DNA from: Myxococcota bacterium
GTDB taxonomy: Bacteria > Myxococcota_A > UBA796 > SXON01
Reading direction: 5' to 3'
NCBI GenBank assembly: GCA_040386535.1
Contig: JAZKFH010000013.1
Location: 320,928 to 384,927, forward strand
DNA length: 64,000 nucleotides
Positions 1 through 8,681 of the stretch are shown piece after piece (positions within the stretch are counted from its first letter, which is position 1; the number at the start of each line of letters is the position of its first letter). The position numbers and the translations under genes were made by a program. The notes beneath the pieces are model-generated. The model was given only the letters and a program-made list of their open reading frames with translations. It did no database searches and was not told the DNA's origin.

Positions 1-118
1 CCGACGTGTCGTCGCCCCCGGCCGCCTCTCCCGTCGACCTGTCGCTCTGGTCGGCGGCGCCGGAGAGGGACGTGCCCCCCGTGGCGAAACACGCCAGCAG
101 GGTGAGGGACAACAACAA
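1..118 (-). CDS. 5' part of a probable lipoprotein (runs off the window edge)
   Basis: Minus strand reads GGAG-N8-TTG then LLSLTLLAC-FATGGTSLSGAADQSDRSTGEAAGGDDT: a lipobox-like LAC followed by an acidic linker, like other genes here. Confidence 0.5.
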   Translation of the reverse strand, partial: MLLSLTLLACFATGGTSLSGAADQSDRSTGEAAGGDDTS

Positions 119-209
119 GGGGGCGGCTCCGTTCGAGGTGCCACTATGGCCGCCCCGTGGGCCTCTCCGCTACCGCTTCCGCGCGCCGAACCACATTGTG
201 ATCGCCGCG

Positions 210-797
210 TCAAGGAGCGGTGAGAAGTTCTCCACGATTCTGCGACCGGCCCGCGACGGCCCAGAAGCTGGCGCCCTGCCGGTGACCGCTGGCGGTCTGG
301 GCGTCGTAGTCGTGTTGCGCCCGCCCGAGCCCGTCGAGGATGCGCGCGCCCGCCTCGTCCGCCCCCGCGCACCCGGCGTCCGCGATGACGCGCTCGGCGT
401 CGTGCGCGAAGGTGTGTACGACATCGACATGGCCCTGCTCGTGGCGCCGCAGCGCCCGGAACCAGGCGTCCCACTCGGCGACCAGCGCGGGGTCGGCCTC
501 GGGCGGGGCCGCCCATCGGGGGAGCTCGACGGTGACCGACGCATCCACGTTGGCGCCCGCCACGCCGCAGGCGTCGGTGCCGTCCCGCACCCAGCTCCAG
601 TCCACCCGCCACGACGTCAGCGACGCGACCGCCGTGCCCGCTTCGTCGCGCGGGCAGTCCCGGAGACACGACTCGAGAAGGTCGATGCGATCGACGCCCT
701 CGAGATCGAACCACTCCACCTGCGCGCCCTCGATGAGCGGGGCGGGCGGCGGGGCGATCGGAGGCGGGGGGACACAGCCGACGAGCAGGAGGAACAT
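210..797 (-). CDS. DUF922-like Zn-dependent protease, lipoprotein
   Basis: Starts MFLLLVGC. Contains 'LPRW...W..W.RAL.RHEQGH' (HExxH) and 'Q.DYD..T..G..QG', typical of DUF922. GGAG upstream. Confidence 0.75.
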   Translation of the reverse strand: MFLLLVGCVPPPPIAPPPAPLIEGAQVEWFDLEGVDRIDLLESCLRDCPRDEAGTAVASLTSWRVDWSWVRDGTDACGVAGANVDASVTVELPRWAAPPEADPALVAEWDAWFRALRRHEQGHVDVVHTFAHDAERVIADAGCAGADEAGARILDGLGRAQHDYDAQTASGHRQGASFWAVAGRSQNRGELLTAP

Positions 798-902
798 CGG
801 CCGGCGCTCCGTTGCTCCCACTGTAGCCGCGCCGTCGCGCGGGTTCCCACTTCTCTTCGAGCCGTGACGGTTAGAGCGGCCGCCCCCTCCACTGGAGCGC
901 TC

Positions 903-1253
903 ATGTCCGTCACCGTCTACGGGATCTCGACCTGCGACACCGTCAAGAAGGCGCGCAAGTGGCTCGACGATCACGGCATCGTCCACACCTGGGTCGACTT
1001 CCGCGCCACTCCGCCCGAGGCCGCGCGCGTGGCGCGCTGGGTCGCGACGTTCGGCACGCCACCGATGCGCAACACCAGCGGCGGTGCGTACCGCGCGCTC
1101 GGGGACGAGAAGGCCGGCTGGGACGACGCGCGCTGGACCGCGGCCTTCCAGGGCGACGTGATGCTCGTGAAGCGGCCGATCGTGGAGGTGGACGGGGTGC
1201 CCGCGCTCGTGGGCTTCCGCGAAGAGGCCTACGCCCAGCGGTTCACGAAGTAG
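903..1253 (+). CDS. ArsC/Spx family protein (YffB-like)
   Basis: MSVTVYGISTCDTVKKARKWL...LVKRPIV...LVGF. GGAG ribosome-binding site upstream. Confidence 0.9.
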   Translation: MSVTVYGISTCDTVKKARKWLDDHGIVHTWVDFRATPPEAARVARWVATFGTPPMRNTSGGAYRALGDEKAGWDDARWTAAFQGDVMLVKRPIVEVDGVPALVGFREEAYAQRFTK

Positions 1254-1285
1254 CCGGCACCTCGCCCGCAAGCGCTCCGCGCCCG

Positions 1286-3337
1286 TCACCGTGCGGGGCG
1301 CACGACCCCGCCGTCGAGCGGCACCCCGTCGATCGAGACACGCCAGTACCAGGCGCGGGTATCGACGAGAGGCAGGCGGACGCGAAGCACCCCGGTTGTG
1401 TCCACCGCGAGATCGTCCGATTGAACCGGCGGTGTATCGCGTGTATCATCCAGGGTGGCCTCGGCGCGGACCTGCGCGCCGGGCCGCGCGTCGATCCTGA
1501 ACGCGACCAGCGCCGGTGATACACGCGACACATGGGCGGGATGTGTCGGCGGCACGGCGGCCACGCCGGCGCCCGCTCCGATCGTGAAGCTGAGCGACTG
1601 GGCGAAGGTGGCGGGCTCCCCCGTGACGGGGGAGGCGATGCTGTCGGTGACCCGCACGAGCGTGTAGAACGTGCCGGCCTCGGTGGGGGTGCCGGTGATC
1701 ACGCCGTCTCCGCCGAGGGTGAGGCCCGTCGGGAGGGCGCCGCTCACGGTCGACCACACGAGCGGCGCGGTGCCGCCCCACGCCGTGAGGGTGGCGCTGT
1801 AGGGCACCCCGACCGTGCCCGGATCCCCGGCGCGGGTGGTCACGGCGAGGGAGCGGTGCTCGTCCACCCACGCGCCGAAGCCCACCACATCGGCGTCCTC
1901 CGGGGGCGCGGCGTCCAGGCTGTCGAGCTCGGCGGGATCGGCCCACAGGTCGTACAGCTCGGTCTCGCCGTTGCCCCACTCCACGTACTTCCACCGCTCG
2001 GTCACGAGGCCCGCCCACACCGGGTGGTTCCCCACCGACGTCTCGAGGAAGACGTGGTCGCGGTGCTCGGGCGTGGTGGGGTCGATCAGCGCGCGGGACA
2101 GGCCATGGCCGCCGCCCGAGCGTGGGATCCCGGCGATCTCGGCGATCGTGGCGGGTAGATCCAGGTTCATCGCGACGAGGCGCTCGTCCTCGCGCGGCAC
2201 CGCGCCCGGGGAGCGGATCAGGATCGGCACGCGCACGGCCTCTTCGTACGCCACCCCCTTCGCGCCGAGCCGGTGCTCGCCGTGCAGGTGGCCGTTGTCG
2301 CCCGCGAACACGAGCACGGTGCGGTCGAGCAGATCGCGGCTCTCCAGCCCGTCGAGCAGCTCTCCGACCGCGCGGTCGAGCGACATCAGGTTGTCGAGCA
2401 TCAGCCGCGTCTCGCCGTCGAGGGTGATGCGCGCGTCATCGTCGAGCAGGGTTCGCTGGATCCAGAGCGGCTTGTCCGACACGTCCAGCTCGTCGTACGA
2501 GGGGGGGCGCGGCGAGTAGTCGACCCAGCTGTCACGGTCCTCGTTCTCGGGTTGCCCGTAGATGTGGGGCGACTGCGGCGTGAGCAGGACGAACGTGGGC
2601 TCGTCCGGGTTCGCGTCGAGGAAGGTCAGCGCCTCGGCGAACAGCCACCCGGTGAGGTGCTCGCCGCCCGTCGTCTCCGCCACGCCGACCCCCGCGGCGT
2701 CGGAGGTGCTCGACCCGCGTACGAGCGCGGCGTCGTAGCTGGTGCCGAGCGAGGTGGCGGCGAGGAACAGGTCCCACCCAGGAGGCACGTACGGGGCCAC
2801 GGAGGCGTCGTAACCGTTCAGGTACTTGCCGAGGAGCGCGGTGCGGTAGCCGGCGGTCTGGAGGCGCGTGGCGAGCGTGTCCTCGTCGTGAAACAGGGCC
2901 ATCCCGCCGTTCGGAAAGTCGTTGGCCTGGACGCCCGTGTGCGCGGGGTACTCGCCGCCCGAGAGGAAGCTCGCGCGCACGGGGCAGCAGAGCGGCACGG
3001 TCGTGTAGGCGCGCGTGAAGCGCACGCAGTCGGGCGCGAGGCGGTCCATGACCGTCGGCATCGCCCAGAGGTAGTTGTCGCCGAGATCGTCGGCGAGGAT
3101 GAGGATCACGATCTTCGGCGGCGCCGGTTCTCCGGTGTCGGTGTCGCCGGTCTCCCCCGTCTCCCCGGTCTCGGCGGTCTCCCCCGACTCGTCGGTGTCG
3201 GGCGGGGCGCTGTCGGGCAGGGCCGTCTCGCCGATCGGCGTGGAGTCGTGGGGCTTCGGCTCGGTGCAGCCGAGGAGCCCGGTCACGACGACGGTGAGCG
3301 CCAACAGGCTGATTCGGATTGGGCTAATTTCCGACAT
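1286..3337 (-). CDS. Sulfatase lipoprotein with C-terminal putative Ig (He_PIG-like) domain
   Basis: LLGC lipobox, D/T/E-rich linker, ILADD, CCPVRASFLSG (CxPxR formylglycine motif), GKYLN, GDNG. 'GTVGVPYSATLTAWGG..LPTGLTL..G.ITGTPT' is an Ig-like repeat. Confidence 0.9.
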   Translation of the reverse strand: MSEISPIRISLLALTVVVTGLLGCTEPKPHDSTPIGETALPDSAPPDTDESGETAETGETGETGDTDTGEPAPPKIVILILADDLGDNYLWAMPTVMDRLAPDCVRFTRAYTTVPLCCPVRASFLSGGEYPAHTGVQANDFPNGGMALFHDEDTLATRLQTAGYRTALLGKYLNGYDASVAPYVPPGWDLFLAATSLGTSYDAALVRGSSTSDAAGVGVAETTGGEHLTGWLFAEALTFLDANPDEPTFVLLTPQSPHIYGQPENEDRDSWVDYSPRPPSYDELDVSDKPLWIQRTLLDDDARITLDGETRLMLDNLMSLDRAVGELLDGLESRDLLDRTVLVFAGDNGHLHGEHRLGAKGVAYEEAVRVPILIRSPGAVPREDERLVAMNLDLPATIAEIAGIPRSGGGHGLSRALIDPTTPEHRDHVFLETSVGNHPVWAGLVTERWKYVEWGNGETELYDLWADPAELDSLDAAPPEDADVVGFGAWVDEHRSLAVTTRAGDPGTVGVPYSATLTAWGGTAPLVWSTVSGALPTGLTLGGDGVITGTPTEAGTFYTLVRVTDSIASPVTGEPATFAQSLSFTIGAGAGVAAVPPTHPAHVSRVSPALVAFRIDARPGAQVRAEATLDDTRDTPPVQSDDLAVDTTGVLRVRLPLVDTRAWYWRVSIDGVPLDGGVVRPAR

Positions 3338-4805
3338 GGAGGTCCATCCAGGCGGCGCGGTCGAGCGTCCACGCCTCGAGCCACGTGATCTCGTCGTCCC
3401 AGGTCGCGCCGACGTAGTAGTTCGGGTCGACGTAGGTGCCGATCGTGCCCCACCGCGCGCCGTCCCGCACCTGGGCGTCCTGCAGCTCGGCCTTCATCGC
3501 GGCGATGCGCTCGTGGAGGCCAGCGTTGGAGAGCAGATCGGCGCGGAGCTCCTCCCAGCGCGCGAGCAGGCGCGCCTGGAACACCGGATCCTCGCGGAGC
3601 CGCTCCCACCACATCGGGAACTGGGCGGCTTCGCCGCACCGATCCAGGCTGTCGTAGATCCAGCCCTGGGCGTTCCATGTCTCGCAGTAGTTGCAGTTCC
3701 CGAACGCGCGGTCAAAATCCCAGAGCGGGCCGGCCCGCAACACGCCGGTGCCGGGCGGCCCGTCGACCCAGAGGAACGCGGAGAGCCGGTAGGCGTCGAT
3801 GTTGTGGGTGAGCTCGTTCAGCAGCCAGTGGTCGATCCACGCGTCGACGTCGATCCACGCGGGGTAGCCGACCACGGGATCGGCGAAGGTCTCCGCGGAG
3901 AGCGCGGCCTCCAGCCCGTCGAACCACGCGAGCAGGTAGGCAGCCTCGGCCTCGGTGACGCTCGCCGTCTTCGGCGACACCCAGTCGATGGGCGTGCCGA
4001 GCGTGGTGTCGAAGCCGGCGCTGCGGTGCTGGTCGACCTTGACGATGAAGCCGCCCGCGACCGACCCGTCGGCCAGGGTGGTCTTCTGGATGTCGAGGCG
4101 GTCGGATTCGCGGGAGATGCGCTCCACGAGCACGTAGACACCGCGGTAGTCGCCGTTGAGCACGAGCTCGACGAACTGGGTGCGCGGCTCCCACCGCCCC
4201 GCGGCCTCGGCGGCGTCGCGGCCAAGGCCGTAGGCGAGCGCGTTCCGCATGAAGGTCTTGTCGGAGTAGGGCGCGTGGAGCACCCAGTCGCTCCCGGCCG
4301 GCAGGCCCACGAGTGGGCAGTCGTCGTCCTCGCCCGCGCCGTCGCGGCACTCGAATTTGTAGCCCAGCTTCGGATAGCTGGTGGACGACGAGCCGTGGAT
4401 CTCGATGCCGATGGCGCTCACGTAGGCGACCGGCGCGGCGGCGAGGTCTTCGAGGGTGCCGTCGTGGTCCTCGTACACGGTCAGGAACCCGTCGGTCTTC
4501 TCGGCGTCGCCGATGGCGTCCTCCACGTGGAGGACGAGGACGGGGAGGTGGGCGAAGGGGACGGGGGTGTCGGCCGTGTCGGTCGCTGTATCGGGGCCCG
4601 ATGTATCGGTGTCGGTGTCCGATGTATCGATGTCGGTGTCCGATGTGTCGGTGTCGGTATCCGATGTATCGGTGTCGGCGGGGTCGGTGTCCACGAGGCC
4701 CGAGTCCTCGGGATCGGGGCGACCGGTCGAGACGGTGCCGGAGGAGCAGGCCACGAGGGCCAGCGTCGGGAGGAGGAGGAGGAGGAGCACGCCGAGAGTA
4801 TGCAC
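3324..4805 (-). CDS. CotH kinase family lipoprotein
   Basis: LVAC lipobox, DT-rich linker. GSSS..YPK..YKFE, DWVL.APYSDKTFMRN, FVELVLNGDYRGVY...ERI, GPLWDFDRAFGN are CotH motifs. GTG start; exact start uncertain. Confidence 0.9.
   Translation of the reverse strand: MHTLGVLLLLLLPTLALVACSSGTVSTGRPDPEDSGLVDTDPADTDTSDTDTDTSDTDIDTSDTDTDTSGPDTATDTADTPVPFAHLPVLVLHVEDAIGDAEKTDGFLTVYEDHDGTLEDLAAAPVAYVSAIGIEIHGSSSTSYPKLGYKFECRDGAGEDDDCPLVGLPAGSDWVLHAPYSDKTFMRNALAYGLGRDAAEAAGRWEPRTQFVELVLNGDYRGVYVLVERISRESDRLDIQKTTLADGSVAGGFIVKVDQHRSAGFDTTLGTPIDWVSPKTASVTEAEAAYLLAWFDGLEAALSAETFADPVVGYPAWIDVDAWIDHWLLNELTHNIDAYRLSAFLWVDGPPGTGVLRAGPLWDFDRAFGNCNYCETWNAQGWIYDSLDRCGEAAQFPMWWERLREDPVFQARLLARWEELRADLLSNAGLHERIAAMKAELQDAQVRDGARWGTIGTYVDPNYYVGATWDDEITWLEAWTLDRAAWMDLHVGN
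4590..4680 (-). repeat. Imperfect ~21-bp coding tandem repeat (DTDTDTS units) in the CotH linker
   Basis: Repeated ccgatgtatcggtgtcggtgt-like units are visible on the + strand. Confidence 0.8.
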
Positions 4806-5226
4806 CGGCGGGCTGTGGATGAGGCGGTTTTCGTGGCGCGCGGCGGGGAAGGGTTGGCTTTGCCGTTCGTGATTGGTCCGCGGATGCCGGGAGGCGCGGT
4901 GTGGCGGTCGACGGGAGGGAAGGGGTGGCCCGGATGGTGTGGTCTCGTGGGCGGCCGGCTACTTCCGCGCTTCCCTGACGGCGCCCTCACTCGCACCCGT
5001 CACGAAGCCTCCCCTCGGGAGTGGCACGCGATTCTGGTGGAGCCCCGGGCGCAGCGCGACTCCGACCGGCTCGGGGAGACAGCGGCGCTTGCGGACGAGA
5101 GCCGAGCCGCGGCCGCTCGAGGCGGAGGCCGACGCGGTTCCCACGATCGAGAGGGGCGAGAACCTGTGACTGGGCTTTCCATTGGAGACGCGGGGGGCCC
5201 AGCTCCGGAAGCGAGGAGCGGGGCGA

Positions 5227-5377
5227 CCGTCGGAACTCGGGGGATGCGCGCCTATCCCGTCACTTCGGACGGTATGTCCGTCCGAAGTCGGGGGATGCGC
5301 CCCTATCCCGTCACTTCGGACGGTATATCCGTCTGAACTCGGGGGATGCGCGCCCATCCCCTCACTTCGGACGGTAG
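5227..5377. repeat. Three tandem 51-bp imperfect palindromic (REP/BIME-like) units
   Basis: Units start at 5227, 5278 and 5329. Unit 2 has perfect 11-bp inverted arms ccgtccgaagt/acttcggacgg enclosing gggat...atccc. Confidence 0.9.
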
Positions 5378-5765
5378 GCCCGCGCCATGCCCGTGGATCA
5401 CCCTCAGCGCGGTGGACTCCAGCTCCGAGTGCACGCTACGGGCAAACTCCTCGGCGCCACTGCGAAGGTCAGAACGGCTTCGAGCGGCTGCACGCCCTCG
5501 GAGTCCGCCGATACTTCGGTCGTAGTCCCGACGAGTCCGTGAGCTTGCGTGGGCGAACGGTCCCCGATCGGTCGCGGGCCTTCTCCGCCAACGGCGCGGA
5601 GGGCAGCCGCCCCGGGCGGCTGGTCCGGCCGGGCGCGCCGATGACGCGAGCACCCGGAAGGTTCCCCCGGCCGACCGAGCGGCTCTGCCGCGAAGCCCGG
5701 AGCCGACCTGCCGCGTCCGCGCGGGGCGCCTCCGAGCCGAGCCGCCACTTTCTGCTCCTTTCAAT

Positions 5766-5794
5766 TTGAAAACGAAAATGAAAGTCATTATCAT
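5766..5794 (+). promoter_or_regulatory. Sigma70-type promoter of the heme-uptake operon (probably leaderless)
   Basis: TTGAAA (5766-5771), 17-nt spacer, TATCAT (5789-5794), 6 nt, ATG 5801. No Shine-Dalgarno sequence. Confidence 0.75.
5774..5792 (+). promoter_or_regulatory. Fur box
   Basis: GAAAATGAAAGTCATTATC matches 16/19 positions of the canonical GATAATGATAATCATTATC. It lies in an AT-rich island overlapping the promoter of iron/heme genes. Confidence 0.9.
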
Positions 5795-5800
5795 CAAGAC

Positions 5801-7777
5801 ATGCTCGCCTCGCTGCTCGTCGCCCCCGTGCTCGCCGCCTCCGTGCCGGAGGAGCCCGCGGACGCGCGCCAAGCCCCGGAGCCCGCGGGCGAGCGCCCGG
5901 TGGACACCACCTGTGTCGACCGCGCCGGGGCGTGCGAGGAGGTGGTCGTGGCCTCGCGCGCCGCACAGTCGCGGGCGGACACCACCGCGGCGGTGCAGGT
6001 GCTCGACCGGGCGCGGATCGAGGCGTCGGGGGTGGCCACCGTCGGCGCGCTGCTCCGGACGGTGCCCGGGGTTCAGATCACGACGACCCATGGCGGCACC
6101 GCCGTGCGCCAGCAGGGGATGGACCCGAAACACACGCTGATCCTGGTGGATGGGCGGCCCGTGGCCGGCCGCGTGGACGGCACGTTCGATCTGGACCGCC
6201 TGCCGCTCGCGGACATCGAGCGCGTCGAGATCCTGTCCGGGCCGGCGAGCGCGCTGTACGGCTCCGAGGCCCTCGGCGGGGTGATCTCGATCGTCACGCG
6301 GCGCGGCGGCGGACCCGCGCGGGTGGAGGTGTCGGCGCGCGTGGGCGAGCGGCGGCTGGTCGAGGCCGGCGCGGGCGTGTCGGGGGGCGCGGGGGCGTTC
6401 TCGGGGCGGGTCTCTGCCAACGTGCGCGGCGAGGCCGGCTACGACCTCGATCCCGTCGACGTAGCGACGTCGGGGGACGCGATCGACGTGGCGGGCGTGC
6501 GCGGGTCGGCGCGGTTCGACCCGGCGGGCGCGTGGTCGGTGGAGGCGGACGGGGCCTGGCAGCGGCGCGAAGGGAAGGGGATCGACGCGACGGCCACGGG
6601 CGCGGTGTTCGACCGGCATGCGCTGGAGGAGTCGGCGGACGTGGCGGTCACGACGGAGCGGTGGCCGGGCGGCGCCCATGTGTCGCGGGCCACGCTGTCG
6701 GGCACGCTCTGGCGTCAGCAGCTGCTCTCGGATCAGCGCGGGTCCGACGTGTCCGACGTGTGGGCAGAGTCGCTCGATCGGCGCCTGACCCTGGCGCTGT
6801 CGCACCGCTTCGTGGCGGGCCGCCACTTTGTCGTCGGGGGCGTGGACGGCACCGCGGAGGCGCTCGACTCCGACCGGGTGGCCGGCGGGCACGCCGATCG
6901 CCTGCGCCTCGCCCTCTACGCCCAGGACGACTGGCGCCTCACCGACAGCCCGCGTGTGTCGGTGTCGCCGGGCGCGCGCCTCGATCTGGACGAGCTGTTC
7001 GGCTGGCACGCGACGCCCCACCTCGCGGTGCGGGTGGATCCCGTCCCCTCGCTCACGCTGCGGGCCTCGGGCGGGCAGGGCTGGCGCGCCCCCGACTTCC
7101 GCGAGATGTTCCTCTGGCTCGATCACGCCGGCTATGGCTACGTCGTGGAGGGCAACCCGGCGCTCGGCCCCGAGGCGAGCTGGGGCGTGACCGGGGAGGC
7201 GCGGTGGGCGCCCGTCGTCGCCAGTGGTCGGGCAGCCGGCCCGCGTGCGCCCGTGTCGCTCTCCGTCGGCGGGTGGTGGAACGAGGTGCAGGACCTCGTG
7301 GACGTCACGCTGCTGGAGGAGGGGACCGCCGGGAGCCCCGCCCGCTACACCTACGGGAACGTGGCGCGCGCGGTCACGCGCGGCGGGGAGGCCGGCGTGA
7401 CGCTCGCCCTCGGCGACCGGCTCTCCGTCGAGGCCGGCTACACGTTCACCGACGCCCGCGATCGCGCCGACGACCGGCCGCTCGACGGCCGGGCGCCACA
7501 TCGTGTCGCCGGATCGTTCTCCACCACGCCGTTGTCGTGGCCGCTCACGTTGTCCACGAACGCAGAGTGGATGGGGCCGCGCCCCTACACGGACGACGCG
7601 GACGTGACGACGTGGACCGCGCCCACCGTGCTGGTCGACGCACGGTTGTCGCTGCGTGTCGGCACACACCTCGAGCTCGAGACGGGCGTCCGCAACGCGC
7701 TTGACGCGCGCGACGAGGAGACCCTCGGGCTGGCACCGCGCACGTTCTACGCCGGGCTCACCGCCCGCGGGCCCTGA
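5801..7777 (+). CDS. TonB-dependent receptor (heme/iron; CirA/HmuR-like)
   Basis: TonB-box-like EEVVVAS, plug motifs (LRTVPGV, TLILVDGRP, IERVEILSGPASALYGSEALGGVISI), RAPDFREM, GNPALGPE, beta-barrel C-terminus. Confidence 0.93.
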   Translation: MLASLLVAPVLAASVPEEPADARQAPEPAGERPVDTTCVDRAGACEEVVVASRAAQSRADTTAAVQVLDRARIEASGVATVGALLRTVPGVQITTTHGGTAVRQQGMDPKHTLILVDGRPVAGRVDGTFDLDRLPLADIERVEILSGPASALYGSEALGGVISIVTRRGGGPARVEVSARVGERRLVEAGAGVSGGAGAFSGRVSANVRGEAGYDLDPVDVATSGDAIDVAGVRGSARFDPAGAWSVEADGAWQRREGKGIDATATGAVFDRHALEESADVAVTTERWPGGAHVSRATLSGTLWRQQLLSDQRGSDVSDVWAESLDRRLTLALSHRFVAGRHFVVGGVDGTAEALDSDRVAGGHADRLRLALYAQDDWRLTDSPRVSVSPGARLDLDELFGWHATPHLAVRVDPVPSLTLRASGGQGWRAPDFREMFLWLDHAGYGYVVEGNPALGPEASWGVTGEARWAPVVASGRAAGPRAPVSLSVGGWWNEVQDLVDVTLLEEGTAGSPARYTYGNVARAVTRGGEAGVTLALGDRLSVEAGYTFTDARDRADDRPLDGRAPHRVAGSFSTTPLSWPLTLSTNAEWMGPRPYTDDADVTTWTAPTVLVDARLSLRVGTHLELETGVRNALDARDEETLGLAPRTFYAGLTARGP

Positions 7778-7815
7778 TTCAAACCCTTTCCGTCAACCAA
7801 GCACACAGGATCTAC

Positions 7816-8448
7816 ATGCATTTCGCTCTTCCCTTGTTCCTCCTGACGGCCTGCGCGCCCGACATCCGCGACACCGACGGCGACGGCGATCTGGACGTGG
7901 CGGCCGACACCGATACATCCGACACCGATACATCCGACACGGGTGATACAATTGATACATCCGACACCGAAGACACCGACGACACATCCCCGCCCGCCGG
8001 GCGGATCACCGCCGTGGACGAGGGCGGTGGCGTCACGCTCGTGGAGGTCGAGGGCACCGGCGAGAGCGACTTCGTGCACTTCGACTTCGCGTCGGCCGGC
8101 GAGGTGGCCGCGACGGACGGCTGGGAGCTCGCGTTCCAGCGATACACCGTGCGGGTGAACGGGGGAACCTCGGGCGACGGCGGGGTGGAGATCGCGGCGA
8201 TCAAGGGGGTGGCGTTCGACGCGGTCGACGCCGCTCCCGCGAGCGGGTGGCGCACCGACACCGGCGAGGCGCTCGCGCTGGACGACTGGTACGACTACGA
8301 CGGCGCCACGCACGTGCTCACGGCCGCCGACCGCGTCTACGTCGTGCGGAACGGCGCCGGCGAGGCCTGGAAGCTGGCGTTCGTGGACTACTACGACGAC
8401 GCGGGCAACTCGGGCTTCCCCAGCTTCCGCTGGGCCGGATTGGAGTGA
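7816..8448 (+). CDS. hmuY: HmuY family heme-binding lipoprotein
   Basis: LTAC lipobox; WELAFQRY..RVNGGTSGDG, WYDYD...H.L, YVVR..G..WKL....YY..AG.SG..SFRW match the HmuY family. Context agrees. Confidence 0.85.
   Translation: MHFALPLFLLTACAPDIRDTDGDGDLDVAADTDTSDTDTSDTGDTIDTSDTEDTDDTSPPAGRITAVDEGGGVTLVEVEGTGESDFVHFDFASAGEVAATDGWELAFQRYTVRVNGGTSGDGGVEIAAIKGVAFDAVDAAPASGWRTDTGEALALDDWYDYDGATHVLTAADRVYVVRNGAGEAWKLAFVDYYDDAGNSGFPSFRWAGLE
7907..7990 (+). repeat. Coding 15-bp-based repeat (DTDTS units) in the HmuY linker
   Basis: gacaccgatacatcc occurs twice in tandem, followed by degenerate copies. Confidence 0.75.
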
Positions 8449-8450
8449 CC

Positions 8451-8681
8451 ATGGGCACGCGCGACTGTCGACGCGACATCCTCGCCGAGTCCCCCGTGGG
8501 CTCGGTGGAGCTGTGCTCCTGCGGGAGCCTGCACCTGTGCGTGGGGCCGGTGAGCCTCCGCATCGATCCGGTGGCCTTCCTGGAGCTCGGCCGGATGATG
8601 GACGTGGCCCGCGAGCGCCTGACGCGGGGGGCGCGCTCGGGTGCCGTGGCCGCCGCGCGGAGGCCGATCGATGCGTCGTAG
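8451..8681 (+). CDS. Small Cys/His-rich hypothetical protein (76 aa) inside the heme operon
   Basis: GGAG upstream; ATG 2 nt after the hmuY stop; overlaps the hmuT start. MGTRDCRRDILAESPVGSVELCSCGSLHLCVGPVSLRID. Confidence 0.7.
   Translation: MGTRDCRRDILAESPVGSVELCSCGSLHLCVGPVSLRIDPVAFLELGRMMDVARERLTRGARSGAVAAARRPIDAS

Noticed and set aside
5227..5377. CRISPR array interpretation of the 51/52-bp repeats (also 24832-25083)
   Set aside because: The units are contiguous near-identical copies without unique spacers, and there are no cas genes in the window.
5450..5715. Cobalamin riboswitch upstream of the TonB-dependent receptor (GCCACTG at ~5456; AGCCCGGAGCCGACCTGCC at ~5694)
   Set aside because: The conserved 5' core (GGGAA..GGTG.AA.TCC) is missing and the spacing is wrong. 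The Fur box and the promoter adjacent to the ATG explain regulation and leave no leader.
4959..5769. ORFs translating the 51-bp repeats as 17-aa protein repeats
   Set aside because: Open in several frames on both strands with no codon bias; conservation follows the DNA palindrome rather than a protein.
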